A stretch of 64,000 nucleotides of DNA, from positions 3,224,548 to 3,288,547 of the forward strand of contig OY282352.1 in NCBI GenBank assembly GCA_958295495.1, in the 5' to 3' direction. How positions within the stretch are numbered: the first letter of the stretch is position 1; every line of letters starts with the position of its first letter. The notes under the pieces were generated by a model. It was given only the letters and a program-made list of their open reading frames with translations, did not search any database and was not told where the DNA came from. Below, one piece after another: positions 54,694-64,000 of the stretch. Made by a program: the position numbers and the translations under genes. Source of the stretch: an uncultured Latescibacterota bacterium (lineage in GTDB: Bacteria; Latescibacterota; UBA2968; UBA8231).

Positions 54694-54785
54694 TACAATA
54701 AGATCGGCAGAGCGACTCGTCCGGTGAATAAACGGTACACACCCTACCGGGCCCATAGCCCAATTAAACCGCATAGGTTGCCATT

Positions 54786-57341
54786 TTGAGCCGCGGTGCC
54801 CACATCTTCCTTCTCGTCCTGTTCTTCCTTTCCGGTGCCTGTACCTTGGTATATCAGGTGATATGGGTGAGAATGCTCGTCCTCGTATTCGGCACCGGGG
54901 CTTTTGCGGTCAGCACGGTCTTGGCAGCTTTTATGGCGGGGTTGGCGCTGGGCAGCTTCTACTTAGGGCACTTGGCCGACAAGAGCGAAAACAACCTGCG
55001 CCTCTACGCCCTCCTCGAGCTGGGCATCGCCGCCTTTGCTCTGGCTTTCCCCTTAATCCTTAGCGGACTGGACGCAATCCACACTTGGCTCTACCAGCAA
55101 CTGGAGGCGACGCCCTATGTCTTTGCACTCATGCGCTTCCCGCTTTGTTTCCTCGTCCTGCTCATTCCCACTACGCTAATGGGGGGCACCCTGCCTATTC
55201 TGGTCCGCTTTGCAACTCGGCAGATGTCGCAGGTGGGTTGGAGTGTGGGGACCTTGTATTCCGCCAATACGTTCGGAGCCGCCTGCGGGGTCGGGACCGC
55301 GGCTTATCTGACCATCGAGTATTTGGGCATCAGCGGAACGACTACAGTCGCCGTTGTTGGCAATGTCCTCATTGCGGTCTTTTCCCTGACGTGGTATCGC
55401 CGTTTCTCGGACTCAGCCGAGCCATACCGGGTGAGTCTAGGCAAAAGAAACAACGCGCAGCAAAAGAATCCTCCAGCACTACCCAACTGGCTGGTGCAAT
55501 TGACGCTTTTGGTCTTCTGCGCATCGGGTTTCACTGCTCTGGGATACGAAGTGCTGTGGACGCGGGTGCTGACCATGATACTGGGGCTGAGCACGGCCCA
55601 AAGTCTCAGCATCATCCTGATCGCCTTCTTGCTCGGTCTGGCGCTCGGAGGGGCCATTGCCTCTCGTTTTGTCGGCCGCTGGCCGGATCTGCTCATTGCA
55701 TTCGGCGTCGTTGAGATACTCCTGGGCCTGTTTGGTCATATCTCCATCGGCGCATTCGGCGCTAGCACCCATTTCATTCCATATCTCAGTGCGCTTACCT
55801 CGTGGACGGGCTATCTTTTCGGAACAGCTATCTTGGTTTTCTGGATCGCGCTCATTCCCACCTGTCTGATGGGAGTGCTCTTTCCGCTCGTAGGACAACT
55901 CAACGTCACGCATTTAAAGACCTTGGGCACAAAAATCGGCAAGGTCTATGCCGTCAATTCACTGGGATCTATCGGTGGTGCTTTTGGCAGCGGTTTTTTA
56001 TTGATTCCGCTACTGGGCACAGAGCGTGCGGTGCAAGTTTTGGCTTGGACCAACATCGCCTTGGGGGTGGTGCTGCTGCTGGTCCATCCAAACGCCAGTA
56101 GCCGTTTTAAGCTGCAAGCCATAGGCCTACCTGTCGGCGCGGTACTGCTGCTGACTTGGGCCATGCCGAGTAATTTTTTTATCGCGCTGTTCACAAATAC
56201 AGAAAAAGACAGCGAGCTTGTCTATTATCGCGAGGGTACTGCCGGGACGGTAACGGTCCATCAAATGAACCACGGCAACCGCATCCTCAAAGTAAATGGC
56301 ATGGGAGAAGTGCCGACAGATCATGCCTCAATCAAAATTTTTCGACTCCTCGGCAGTCTGCCGATGATCCTGCACAGCGATCCCCGGCAAGTCCTAGTGA
56401 TTGCCTTCGGGGGCGGCGTTACCCTCGGTTCGGTCTTGCTCCACCAACCCGAGCGGGTGGATTGCGTCGAAGTCGTACCCGGTGTGGTCGAGGCCGCCGA
56501 TTTTTTTGCCCGCTACAACAACTACGTCTTCAACAGAGTGGGCACGGGTGGCCTCCGACTAATCCACGGCGACGGCAGAAACCACGTGATGCGGACATCA
56601 GAGCGCTACGATATCATTATCGCCGACGCGACCCATCCCGGCACGGCGGATAGCTGGGTGCTATATACGGAAGAATTCTACCAGCTCTGTCGCCGGCGAC
56701 TCAAAACAGAAGGCTTCATAGCTCAGTGGATCCCCCTACACGGACTGGCCGTAGCCGACTACGAGATGATCTTGCGAACACTTCGCGCGGTTTTCCCCCA
56801 TGCGACCCTGTGGCTGACCGACAAATACTCCATTGTGCTGGGTGCCAACCAGCCTCAACACATCGACTTTGAATTATTGGCACAACGACTGTCAGCAGCG
56901 GCTTTGCAAGAATCTCTGCAAGAGGTAGATCTGGCCGATCCGGTTTCTTTCGCAGGGACCTTGGCTCTGGACGAGCGCGCTTTTGCAGACTACGCCGGCC
57001 ATGGCCCTTTGAACACCGACGACCGACCCTATATAAGCTTTACCGACCGCCGGCGGGGGGATACGGGCGCGGGCCTGCCCGCTCTGTCAAGCCTGTTGCC
57101 CCACCTAGTGGTGGAGGCAAACGAGTCTCTTTTTGGCATGGACGAAGAGGAGAAACAAAACATCGAGCGCCGCCTCCGATCTCGTAAGTACTCGATCCAA
57201 GGCGCGGTGTCCCTGCTAAACGACAAAACAGGCGACGCGATTTGGCACTACAGACAGGCCCGCAAAACCGATCCGGACGAAAGAACGGCTCTGCGGGCCC
57301 TGAGAAGGTTAGAAGGAGCCGGCCAGCGGCCAAAAAAATAA
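54786..57341 (+). CDS. Fused polytopic membrane domain / spermidine-synthase-like methyltransferase-fold protein with C-terminal TPR-like tail
   Basis: 851 aa with a TTG start and ~12 N-terminal TM helices. These are followed by VLVIAFGGGVTLGSVL...DCVEVVP...DIIIADATHP, the spermidine synthase fold motifs. Confidence 0.75.
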   Translation: MSRGAHIFLLVLFFLSGACTLVYQVIWVRMLVLVFGTGAFAVSTVLAAFMAGLALGSFYLGHLADKSENNLRLYALLELGIAAFALAFPLILSGLDAIHTWLYQQLEATPYVFALMRFPLCFLVLLIPTTLMGGTLPILVRFATRQMSQVGWSVGTLYSANTFGAACGVGTAAYLTIEYLGISGTTTVAVVGNVLIAVFSLTWYRRFSDSAEPYRVSLGKRNNAQQKNPPALPNWLVQLTLLVFCASGFTALGYEVLWTRVLTMILGLSTAQSLSIILIAFLLGLALGGAIASRFVGRWPDLLIAFGVVEILLGLFGHISIGAFGASTHFIPYLSALTSWTGYLFGTAILVFWIALIPTCLMGVLFPLVGQLNVTHLKTLGTKIGKVYAVNSLGSIGGAFGSGFLLIPLLGTERAVQVLAWTNIALGVVLLLVHPNASSRFKLQAIGLPVGAVLLLTWAMPSNFFIALFTNTEKDSELVYYREGTAGTVTVHQMNHGNRILKVNGMGEVPTDHASIKIFRLLGSLPMILHSDPRQVLVIAFGGGVTLGSVLLHQPERVDCVEVVPGVVEAADFFARYNNYVFNRVGTGGLRLIHGDGRNHVMRTSERYDIIIADATHPGTADSWVLYTEEFYQLCRRRLKTEGFIAQWIPLHGLAVADYEMILRTLRAVFPHATLWLTDKYSIVLGANQPQHIDFELLAQRLSAAALQESLQEVDLADPVSFAGTLALDERAFADYAGHGPLNTDDRPYISFTDRRRGDTGAGLPALSSLLPHLVVEANESLFGMDEEEKQNIERRLRSRKYSIQGAVSLLNDKTGDAIWHYRQARKTDPDERTALRALRRLEGAGQRPKK

Positions 57342-57483
57342 AGAAACCGCTGCTAAAAATCGGGTGGCCGTTCACAGATTTTCTGCTCGACATTTAACCT
57401 CTTATAAAGGTGGGGTACGAGTGCCGCAACGGCCGCAGCACCGCTCTATATGGAATGCGTTTTCTTCACTAGCGAATAACCAG

Positions 57484-59196
57484 CTAATTGTCGGCCTGAA
57501 ATTTCCCGTCTTTGATCATGTTGGGAATATTGGCGAGGAAAGTTTCCACGTCGTATTTCTCCCGCAAAGTGCTTGCGAACTCCACATAGCCGTGCTTGGC
57601 CTTATTGATCCTGACATAGGCGGTGGCGCGTTTTTTTGAAGCGGCATTAAAAGGTTTGGGCTTGGCCGCTTCCCGGGCGACTATTTTAAATACGGAATAC
57701 CCTTCCGCAACCTTGATGGGTCCGCCGACTTGGCCTATTTCCATATCTTGGGAGAGATCGTATATATGGGGGTAGTGAAGTCGCTTGTAGGCGTCGAGGC
57801 GCACAAATCCCCTTTTTTTTCCATGGACCCCGCGAGTGTCGTATTTTGCGATCAATTGCTCTGCATCGGCTCCCTCTTGCAATTGCTCTTTTACTCGCTG
57901 AGCTTGCTCTTCGTTGGACAAAAGAACCTCTGCGGCTATAATGGCTTCGAGATAGCGAAATTTTTCGGGGTTTTTGTCGTAGAAGGCGCGGGCTTCTTCT
58001 GCTTCAACCCTGATATAGGCATCGACATTGATCTTGCGCAGCAGGCTCACGAGTAGATTTTCGCGCTCGTTTTCCACGCTGGCTACCAAGGTAGAATCCC
58101 GATCTAAGCCCAAGGCGTAGGATTCTTTGAGTAGCATCTGGGCAGTGAGCAGGCTGCGGACCTTGGCCGCTACCAACGTAGTATCGGCGAGTTGGTGCCG
58201 GGTCCCCGGACCGGCTTTGTGTAGCACGACGGAAAGAAATGCGCCAATGGTCAGATCGCCGTCTCGGTAGGAACCCAATCGCATAGTGGCCTCCGCCCCG
58301 GACACATTGATTTGGCCGCTGGCCGACCACTCGGCCAAAAATGCCACCCCATCGGCATCTACTAGAGGCTCGTAAACGCCCGCCAGCGAATCGGTCAACG
58401 CCGCTCTGCGGGCAATTCGTTTGGAGCCGAAAATTTTCTCCTCGAGGACATTTTTCACCTCGTTTAAGGCAATGGGCATCTCGTCCAGTACTTTGAATAC
58501 GGCGTAGTGCTTTTTTCCTTTATAGGCGAAGGGCCGCGGCTCCGATAGGTCACCCACCTGCAGGGTCAATAATTCCCGCAGGGACTCATCGGCTGTGTCT
58601 CTGGACAAATAGCGTCCCGTGTCTCCACCCCAAGCTTTGGTTGTCGCATCGACAGAATAGGCGTCGACGAGTTGGCGGAATGCCTTGCCGCTGTTGAGCT
58701 CGGCTACTAGTTCGTCGGCTTTCTCCCGCGTCTCGACCACTATGGCTGCAAGGCGTAGCGCTCTGTCCCAAGCCTCGTCCCGGTAAAGTTCGATTAGTTC
58801 CCCTTGTGAAATCGAAATCTGCTGATCCACTTTGAGACGGTTGTACAACTTCATCATTTCCTGATCTCTGAAGGCGGATAAATCGAGGACCAAGCCCGGA
58901 TCGCTCTGCAATTGCTGTGCCTCTGCTTCGGCTAGCAGCACTTTTTTGTCGATCAGCGCATTCAAGACCATGACATTGGCCTCACTGTCGCTCTTACCTT
59001 CGTGGATGCCGTCCGGCAGGCGAGCGGCAAACGCTTGCAGTTCGACAGTGGTGATTTCTTGCCCAGCTATCCTTGCGACCACATGGCTCTGGGGCTGTGA
59101 GCCGCACCCGACCTGCAAAGCCAGAACAAAGCAGACGGACAAAATGGTCCATGCAGTATCGCACTTGGCCGTTCGAGCAAAAACGGGGAAATACAT
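57484..59196 (-). CDS. SurA/PpiD-like periplasmic chaperone lipoprotein with parvulin-type PPIase domain
   Basis: The lipobox is LALQVGCG. A parvulin-like block IIAAEVLLSNEEQAQRVKEQLQEGADAEQL...GGPIKVAEGYSVFKIV is present. Confidence 0.6.
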   Translation of the reverse strand: MYFPVFARTAKCDTAWTILSVCFVLALQVGCGSQPQSHVVARIAGQEITTVELQAFAARLPDGIHEGKSDSEANVMVLNALIDKKVLLAEAEAQQLQSDPGLVLDLSAFRDQEMMKLYNRLKVDQQISISQGELIELYRDEAWDRALRLAAIVVETREKADELVAELNSGKAFRQLVDAYSVDATTKAWGGDTGRYLSRDTADESLRELLTLQVGDLSEPRPFAYKGKKHYAVFKVLDEMPIALNEVKNVLEEKIFGSKRIARRAALTDSLAGVYEPLVDADGVAFLAEWSASGQINVSGAEATMRLGSYRDGDLTIGAFLSVVLHKAGPGTRHQLADTTLVAAKVRSLLTAQMLLKESYALGLDRDSTLVASVENERENLLVSLLRKINVDAYIRVEAEEARAFYDKNPEKFRYLEAIIAAEVLLSNEEQAQRVKEQLQEGADAEQLIAKYDTRGVHGKKRGFVRLDAYKRLHYPHIYDLSQDMEIGQVGGPIKVAEGYSVFKIVAREAAKPKPFNAASKKRATAYVRINKAKHGYVEFASTLREKYDVETFLANIPNMIKDGKFQADN

Positions 59197-59230
59197 TAAT
59201 AGCCCCTTTTTTTAGTGCTTCATCCGCTGC

Positions 59231-59995
59231 TCACGGCACGGCTAGGTCGCAGTCTTTGAGATCGGTGACAAAGCCGTGTCCCGTCGAATGGGTTATCATG
59301 AATGGAATGGCGGAAGCCTGCGCCACCGTCTGAGGCGTAACACTACAAGCCCAAAATAGTGCTACATCGCCGGCGGGAATGCCGTTGGGGGGCGCGGGAC
59401 CAATGGTTTGCGAAAGGTCGGTAATGCCTATGGCTGCTGGATCGCCAATGTGTATCGGGGGCCCGTGCGTGGCCTGGAATCGCGAAGTCACCTGCACGGC
59501 GCGCGCCACCTTTGCCGCCGGCAAGGTTTGCATGGTCACTACCATCGGCCCGGCAAAACGCCCCGCCGGTTTGCAGATGATATTGGTTTTGTATAACACG
59601 ACGCCAACCGAACTGACGCATCCGGCGTCGGCCAGAGCTTGCAAAAAAGTCAGGCTTGACCCCAAAAAAAAGGCTACGAAATCATCCTGCCACAACGGCG
59701 CAATATCGGTCACTTCTTCCACCAACTCACCGCCGCGCCAGACCGAGTATAGCCCGACCTCATGGCGAATATCCGAGCCCGGTGCCAGTGTTTTCGGCGT
59801 CGGACAACCCGGGTCCGTCACTTCGAGCAGTGGACACGGCTGCGGGTTGCGCTGGCAGAAGACGAGAAAATCATAAGACTCGGCTTTGCGGAGAATGACC
59901 AAGCCGGTCTGTACATAACGCCCCGCCCTGCCAACGGTCGTACCTCGCCACTCGCCGCTACTAATCTGGCGACGAATTGTCTTAGCATCCGGCAT
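59231..59995 (-). CDS. DUF1445-family putative hydro-lyase (D-glutamate cyclase-like)
   Basis: 254 aa with RRQISSGEW.G.T.G...YVQTGLVILRK..A.DFLVFCQRNPQPCPLLEV and a C-terminal MITH.PGHMF-like block (FMITHSTGHGFVTD). Confidence 0.7.
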   Translation of the reverse strand: MPDAKTIRRQISSGEWRGTTVGRAGRYVQTGLVILRKAESYDFLVFCQRNPQPCPLLEVTDPGCPTPKTLAPGSDIRHEVGLYSVWRGGELVEEVTDIAPLWQDDFVAFFLGSSLTFLQALADAGCVSSVGVVLYKTNIICKPAGRFAGPMVVTMQTLPAAKVARAVQVTSRFQATHGPPIHIGDPAAIGITDLSQTIGPAPPNGIPAGDVALFWACSVTPQTVAQASAIPFMITHSTGHGFVTDLKDCDLAVP

Positions 59996-60099
59996 TGTTG
60001 AACTTGGTGATCATCTGCTGTCCATCCGGGTGGCAGTACTAGTGCCTATGGGCATAAGTAATTTCTTGGTTTTCGGGGAAGGATTTCTGTCCAGAGGCG

Positions 60100-62880
60100 C
60101 TAGTAGGCGACCGCCACCGTGCGGGCGAGATTACTCGCGTCTAGGCCAGCCCCCTCAGTATTGGCATCGATCTTGAGCAGGACGACGTACACTCCGGGCG
60201 CCACGAGATTTCCAGCATGGTCTCTGCCGTCCCATTCGAGCGCGTGGGTACCAGTGACCACCGGACGCCGCTCGGAAATGCTTCTCACCCGGCGACCGCC
60301 CAGATCGTGGATATGGATTTCGACGGCACTGTTCTGACGGATCAACACGACGTCGAATATAAACCTCACCGCATCGTTTATATCGTCTCCATTGGGCGTG
60401 CATACCTGCGGCTCGATCGATAAGTTGCGGAAAATTTCCTTGCGCCTCGGTACCGCGACCAGCGTTAGATCGTTGTCGGTGACTTGCGCGGCGGCGTCTC
60501 CCGCGTCCACGCGCTGCCACCAACCGTCGTCTCCCCGCCGCAGGGCTGCTCTCAGCGGGGCACTTACAGTAAAAAGAGACGTGTCGAAATCGAGGCGGAA
60601 CAGTTCAATATCCGACTCCGACAGTACGGCCGGAAAAGTCAGATGCAGGCTATCCGAGCGATCGCTTAGGACATCGACATCTTCGATGGCCAGAGAGGCC
60701 AGATCGGCGGCCGGCGAAAAATCGCTGCCTTTGCCCCCGTATAGCCCTCGATAGGTCAGACGCATCTGGGGGGGGGCCGCGAGCAAGAGCTGATCGAATC
60801 CTCCGGCACTGACGGTATCCGGCCGGATGTATATCGAAAAAGGACGCTGGACGCCGAGGCTGTCGATCTGTGTAGGGGTAACTTCGCCCAACAGGTGCCG
60901 AGCCACCGGCTCGGCAAAATTGAGCCGGATCTCTTTGAGGGTGGCGTGGACTTCTGGATCGTTGGAGAACAACGTGGCTCGAATGCGTACAAATTGGCGC
61001 GGTGAGGGCGAGGTGATGGGGCTGCCGGTGGCATTTTCGTACGGCGCACTAAAGGACTTTTCCCACTCCGGCCCATCGACCCATATACCTATTTTGTCGC
61101 CTCTGTCGCGCCGGTTTTTGCGAGTGTAGTATTCTACAGCACCTCCTTCGTAGAGTCTTATATTGTCTCCGTGATAGTAGAGCGTATCTGGACTGAAGGT
61201 GTCCCCCGTCCGCGTCTGTAGCTCTACCTTGGTGCCGGGAGGCGTATCGGCATCCCATTCGATAGACAGCAAATTTTTGCTGTTCCCCAGAGGGATACGC
61301 TCCGACGTCAGCTCGACTTGGGGCTGAAAGCCAGTGCCGAAAAGCTGGAACTCACTCAGTGCGGTCAGGATCCTCGCGGCGATGGGTTGGACATTCCACT
61401 GGATCTTAAAAAAACGGCCAACGACGGGATCGAAGTCATTGCCCTCCGTGATCTTGCCGATCAAACCGCCCAGGGTTTCGGTCTGTCTGCGATCTACTGT
61501 GATGGACCACTTGAGGCTGCCATCGGACTCTCTGCTGCCATCCGAAATTTCTAGGGTATAGTTGCCAAAAGTGTGGGCGTCGTTATCGGTGAATGTATAG
61601 GTCATCCTTTGCGCATCTATCCAGAAAAACGATCCCAGATCGAAAGTCACCGTGCCGATGGGACCCAAATTGAATTTGGGATCTCTATAGAGGTCGAGAA
61701 AATGAGCGGAGTCCACATCGCCATCGAGGAGGATCGCTCCATTGCGGGGATCGGGCGAGCTTATGATCCCGCCCCGTCGCAATGTCCCGTGGAAGATATC
61801 ATCCCCTTCGACCCAGACATTGAGCTCGGCTAAGCGCGGGCGCTCGCGGATATAATAGCGGATGTCGCCGCGCTTTTCCTCTTCGAGGCGGTCGAAATAG
61901 ACTTGCCTCGACACTTGTAACTGGCCGCCGTCTGGCAGTTTTTTATAATACTCAACCGTGCCCGTATCGGCCGGGGCGAGTTGCTCGAATTCCGCTTTCG
62001 CGATCTGGCGGCCTCGGTTCAGGTCACTGCCTCTTATGACGACCTGGACAAAACGTCCGGCCAGCGTCGCCATGTCTGTTGTCGGACCAGACTCCTCCGC
62101 CAAATCCTCAAATTGGATCTGTTCCGCCAGAAACTCATCCTGCTCGCCGCCCAATTCTCTTCGACCCGTGATGCCGCGCAGATCCACCTCGACGTTGCGT
62201 TGGGTCTTATTGGGCTTGAGAGAGAGCAGGACGGGAAAAAATTCGGGTGGGGCGGTTCCCGATTGGGCGGCAATGGGTTTGCGCCCGTCCGATACAAGGA
62301 CATCGTACAACAAAAAGGGGTCGCCCAGATCTTCATCGACGAATTTCAGCTCGATTTTCTTGAGGAAAACCAGACGTCCCAGATCCACCGTAAACCACCA
62401 AAGGGCGCCGACATCCACACTCGCCGGATCCACACCTGTCGGCAGCGGTGCTGGTTCCCAAAAGGTAGTGGGGTCGCCGTCGAGGACATTGGCTACTCCT
62501 GCGGGGTTCGAGCCTGCTTCCACGACGGCATCTCGCAGAGAGATTTCAGCCACCTCCTTGCCCTGGAGACGCTCGGGAATTTTGAACAGCGTGGGATCGC
62601 GCCGTGACGCTTCGATCTGGAAGCGCAGAAAATCGACAATGTCCTCAGTGGCGTCTGTATTGCGATTCCAGCGGCGCGGCCGTACTTCCCCCTGGGAGGA
62701 AATCTCGAGAGTGCCTGCGGAAAAGCTCCAATCCTCCCAATGGCTCTGGGCGTTCACAACGATCTGGTTTGGTCGGGTGCGAAACTCGCGAGTGGTCTGG
62801 GCTCGGACCGAGGTCCATCCGCTGAGGAGCCAAAGAGCACCCGCGCCGATTATAAAAATTCTAGGCGAGATTTTAGGCAT
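60100..62880 (-). CDS. Large secreted surface protein with discoidin (F5/8 type C)-like domain(s) and T9SS type-B (CHU_C-like) C-terminal domain
   Basis: ATG 62880 gives signal peptide MPKISPRIFIIGAGALWLLSGWTSVRAQ. VLDGDPTTFWEP is the discoidin hallmark. The C-terminus CTPNGDDINDAVRF...WDGRDHAGNLVAPGVYVV...VAVAY is the type-B CTD. Confidence 0.7.
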   Translation of the reverse strand: MPKISPRIFIIGAGALWLLSGWTSVRAQTTREFRTRPNQIVVNAQSHWEDWSFSAGTLEISSQGEVRPRRWNRNTDATEDIVDFLRFQIEASRRDPTLFKIPERLQGKEVAEISLRDAVVEAGSNPAGVANVLDGDPTTFWEPAPLPTGVDPASVDVGALWWFTVDLGRLVFLKKIELKFVDEDLGDPFLLYDVLVSDGRKPIAAQSGTAPPEFFPVLLSLKPNKTQRNVEVDLRGITGRRELGGEQDEFLAEQIQFEDLAEESGPTTDMATLAGRFVQVVIRGSDLNRGRQIAKAEFEQLAPADTGTVEYYKKLPDGGQLQVSRQVYFDRLEEEKRGDIRYYIRERPRLAELNVWVEGDDIFHGTLRRGGIISSPDPRNGAILLDGDVDSAHFLDLYRDPKFNLGPIGTVTFDLGSFFWIDAQRMTYTFTDNDAHTFGNYTLEISDGSRESDGSLKWSITVDRRQTETLGGLIGKITEGNDFDPVVGRFFKIQWNVQPIAARILTALSEFQLFGTGFQPQVELTSERIPLGNSKNLLSIEWDADTPPGTKVELQTRTGDTFSPDTLYYHGDNIRLYEGGAVEYYTRKNRRDRGDKIGIWVDGPEWEKSFSAPYENATGSPITSPSPRQFVRIRATLFSNDPEVHATLKEIRLNFAEPVARHLLGEVTPTQIDSLGVQRPFSIYIRPDTVSAGGFDQLLLAAPPQMRLTYRGLYGGKGSDFSPAADLASLAIEDVDVLSDRSDSLHLTFPAVLSESDIELFRLDFDTSLFTVSAPLRAALRRGDDGWWQRVDAGDAAAQVTDNDLTLVAVPRRKEIFRNLSIEPQVCTPNGDDINDAVRFIFDVVLIRQNSAVEIHIHDLGGRRVRSISERRPVVTGTHALEWDGRDHAGNLVAPGVYVVLLKIDANTEGAGLDASNLARTVAVAY

Positions 62881-62910
62881 AGCAAGCACTCCCGGCGCCA
62901 ACCCGCATAG

Positions 62911-64000
62911 CTAATACGCCACTGCTACGGAGCGAAACGCCGCGTCCGTATCGCGGTCCGCATCGACAGCCAGACGGAGGATATAGAGGCCCGGCGGCAG
63001 CACCCGACCATTGCCATCGGTGCCGGGCCACGAGAAATGAATCCGGCCGCTGGTTATCTCGGTTTGCTGCAACACCCCGATGCGCGCTCCCGCCAGCCCG
63101 TAGAGTTCGACCCGGGCGATACCAGCGCCGGCATTATCGACATTGATGAGGTCGTACTCGATCAGCAACTCGTCATTGGCCAGATCTCCATTTGGCGTTA
63201 CCACCTGAGAAGACAGATCGAAGCGCCCTATGGACTGCTTTCCCGTTTGTTGCAGAGCCACACTGAGCCTGTTGTTACCCACCAGATCGTCGGCATTGCC
63301 CGGCGTCACTGGTTGGCGCACTTCGTAGGGCCGTTCGCTGTCCCAGACCGCGCCGGAAAATACCGTGCCAAAACGGAACACCTCTGCCTCGAAAACGACT
63401 TCGATCAACTCCCCCGAACGGTCGTCGCCGATGCGGGGAATCCGCACTTCCAGACCGGTGGCGTCCACCCGCAGGAGTGCCCACTCCACTTCGGCACCGC
63501 TGATGTACACGGATTCGATCCGCGGCTCGATGGGCGTGCGGATCTCAATAGTGTCGAAACCCGACTCCCCCAGTTGGACCTCGGGCAATACCTTGTAAAT
63601 AAACCGCGTCGGCTCGCCAGCGCCGACGACAGCGGGTGCTATTTCGGCCACGACTCCTGCTGCCATCGGCGGTTGCGTAACGGCGAATTGGAGATAGTCG
63701 AGCCGGCTGTTTTTCTCGCTTGGCAGCGAGTGGAAATCGGCCTTGAACTGGAGGAACTGACGGGATTTGAGACGGCTCATCTCGGCACGGCCCTCCTCAA
63801 AAGAAAAGAAAGGTGGCCACAGTTCCCAATTCTGTTCGTCGGGGGTTATGCCCGCCTTCTCTCCCCCTTCCAATTTGGCGTAGGCGGTGCGACTGAGGGG
63901 TTGGCCATTGGCATCGAAACGAGACCTTTCATCCCCTCTGAAGGTGAAACGCCAGTACGTATTGGGATCGGACGTGTCGCCACCGCGGGCCGTCAGGTCG
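62911..64000 (-). CDS. Large secreted surface protein, C-terminal part (5' end outside window), T9SS type-B C-terminal domain
   Basis: The frame stays open upstream of the track's TTG (63873) to the window edge. The C-terminus VTPNGDLANDELLI...WPGTDGNGRVLPPGLYIL...VAVAY parallels the neighbouring gene. Confidence 0.7.
   Translation of the reverse strand, partial: DLTARGGDTSDPNTYWRFTFRGDERSRFDANGQPLSRTAYAKLEGGEKAGITPDEQNWELWPPFFSFEEGRAEMSRLKSRQFLQFKADFHSLPSEKNSRLDYLQFAVTQPPMAAGVVAEIAPAVVGAGEPTRFIYKVLPEVQLGESGFDTIEIRTPIEPRIESVYISGAEVEWALLRVDATGLEVRIPRIGDDRSGELIEVVFEAEVFRFGTVFSGAVWDSERPYEVRQPVTPGNADDLVGNNRLSVALQQTGKQSIGRFDLSSQVVTPNGDLANDELLIEYDLINVDNAGAGIARVELYGLAGARIGVLQQTEITSGRIHFSWPGTDGNGRVLPPGLYILRLAVDADRDTDAAFRSVAVAY

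Noticed and set aside
1-64000. Search by eye for tRNA/rRNA genes, integrases, transposases or phage genes that would define a mobile island
   Set aside because: None was recognised in any intergenic region or ORF translation. tRNA and ncRNA absence cannot be proven without tRNAscan-SE/Infernal, so this is reported as not seen rather than absent.

Overview
High-GC bacterial chromosomal segment with about 55 tightly packed protein-coding genes on both strands. By eye I found no rRNA, tRNA, CRISPR array, transposase or integrase, though tRNA and ncRNA absence needs a tool to confirm. Main content: (1) a broken peptide/nickel ABC-transporter locus, with the SBP and first permease on the + strand (1-1448) and the second permease alone on the - strand (10570-11415), and no ATPase genes; (2) glgB; (3) envelope and lipoprotein genes (TPR proteins, a LolB-like lipoprotein, two SurA/PpiC-like PPIases); (4) many secreted or surface proteins, namely a double spondin_N lipoprotein with GE-repeat linkers, FG-GAP/VCBS and CRTAC1-like proteins, and discoidin-domain giants; (5) redox enzymes (PQQ dehydrogenase, MsrP, Gfo/Idh/MocA, AKR, PhyH); (6) a DprE1/DprE2-like pair; (7) a sugar/aminosugar-type cluster (40.7-47.8 kb). 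Several proteins carry T9SS-type C-terminal sorting domains, which hints at an FCB-superphylum-like uncultivated lineage (low confidence). Items most worth follow-up: (a) a translationally coupled ABC-type ATPase plus TOPRIM-like (DUF4276-type) pair at 8685-10546, with split-OLD/PARIS-like architecture, which is my best candidate for an uncharacterised conflict system; (b) an intact sigma-54 promoter with upstream palindromic operator-like repeats driving a small secreted Cys-rich ORF (36.4-37.2 kb), next to a decayed, truncated sigma-54 activator gene; (c) a 1452-aa fusion of a PA/M28-like ectodomain to an FtsX/MacB-type permease, paired with a 682-aa polytopic membrane protein and no ATPase (29.6-36.0 kb); (d) an AT-rich HEPN + nucleotidyltransferase islet (19.1-20.3 kb); (e) a near-identical 594-bp intragenic duplication in the spondin_N gene. 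Three genes are frameshifted near homopolymer runs, so either real decay or consensus errors are possible.
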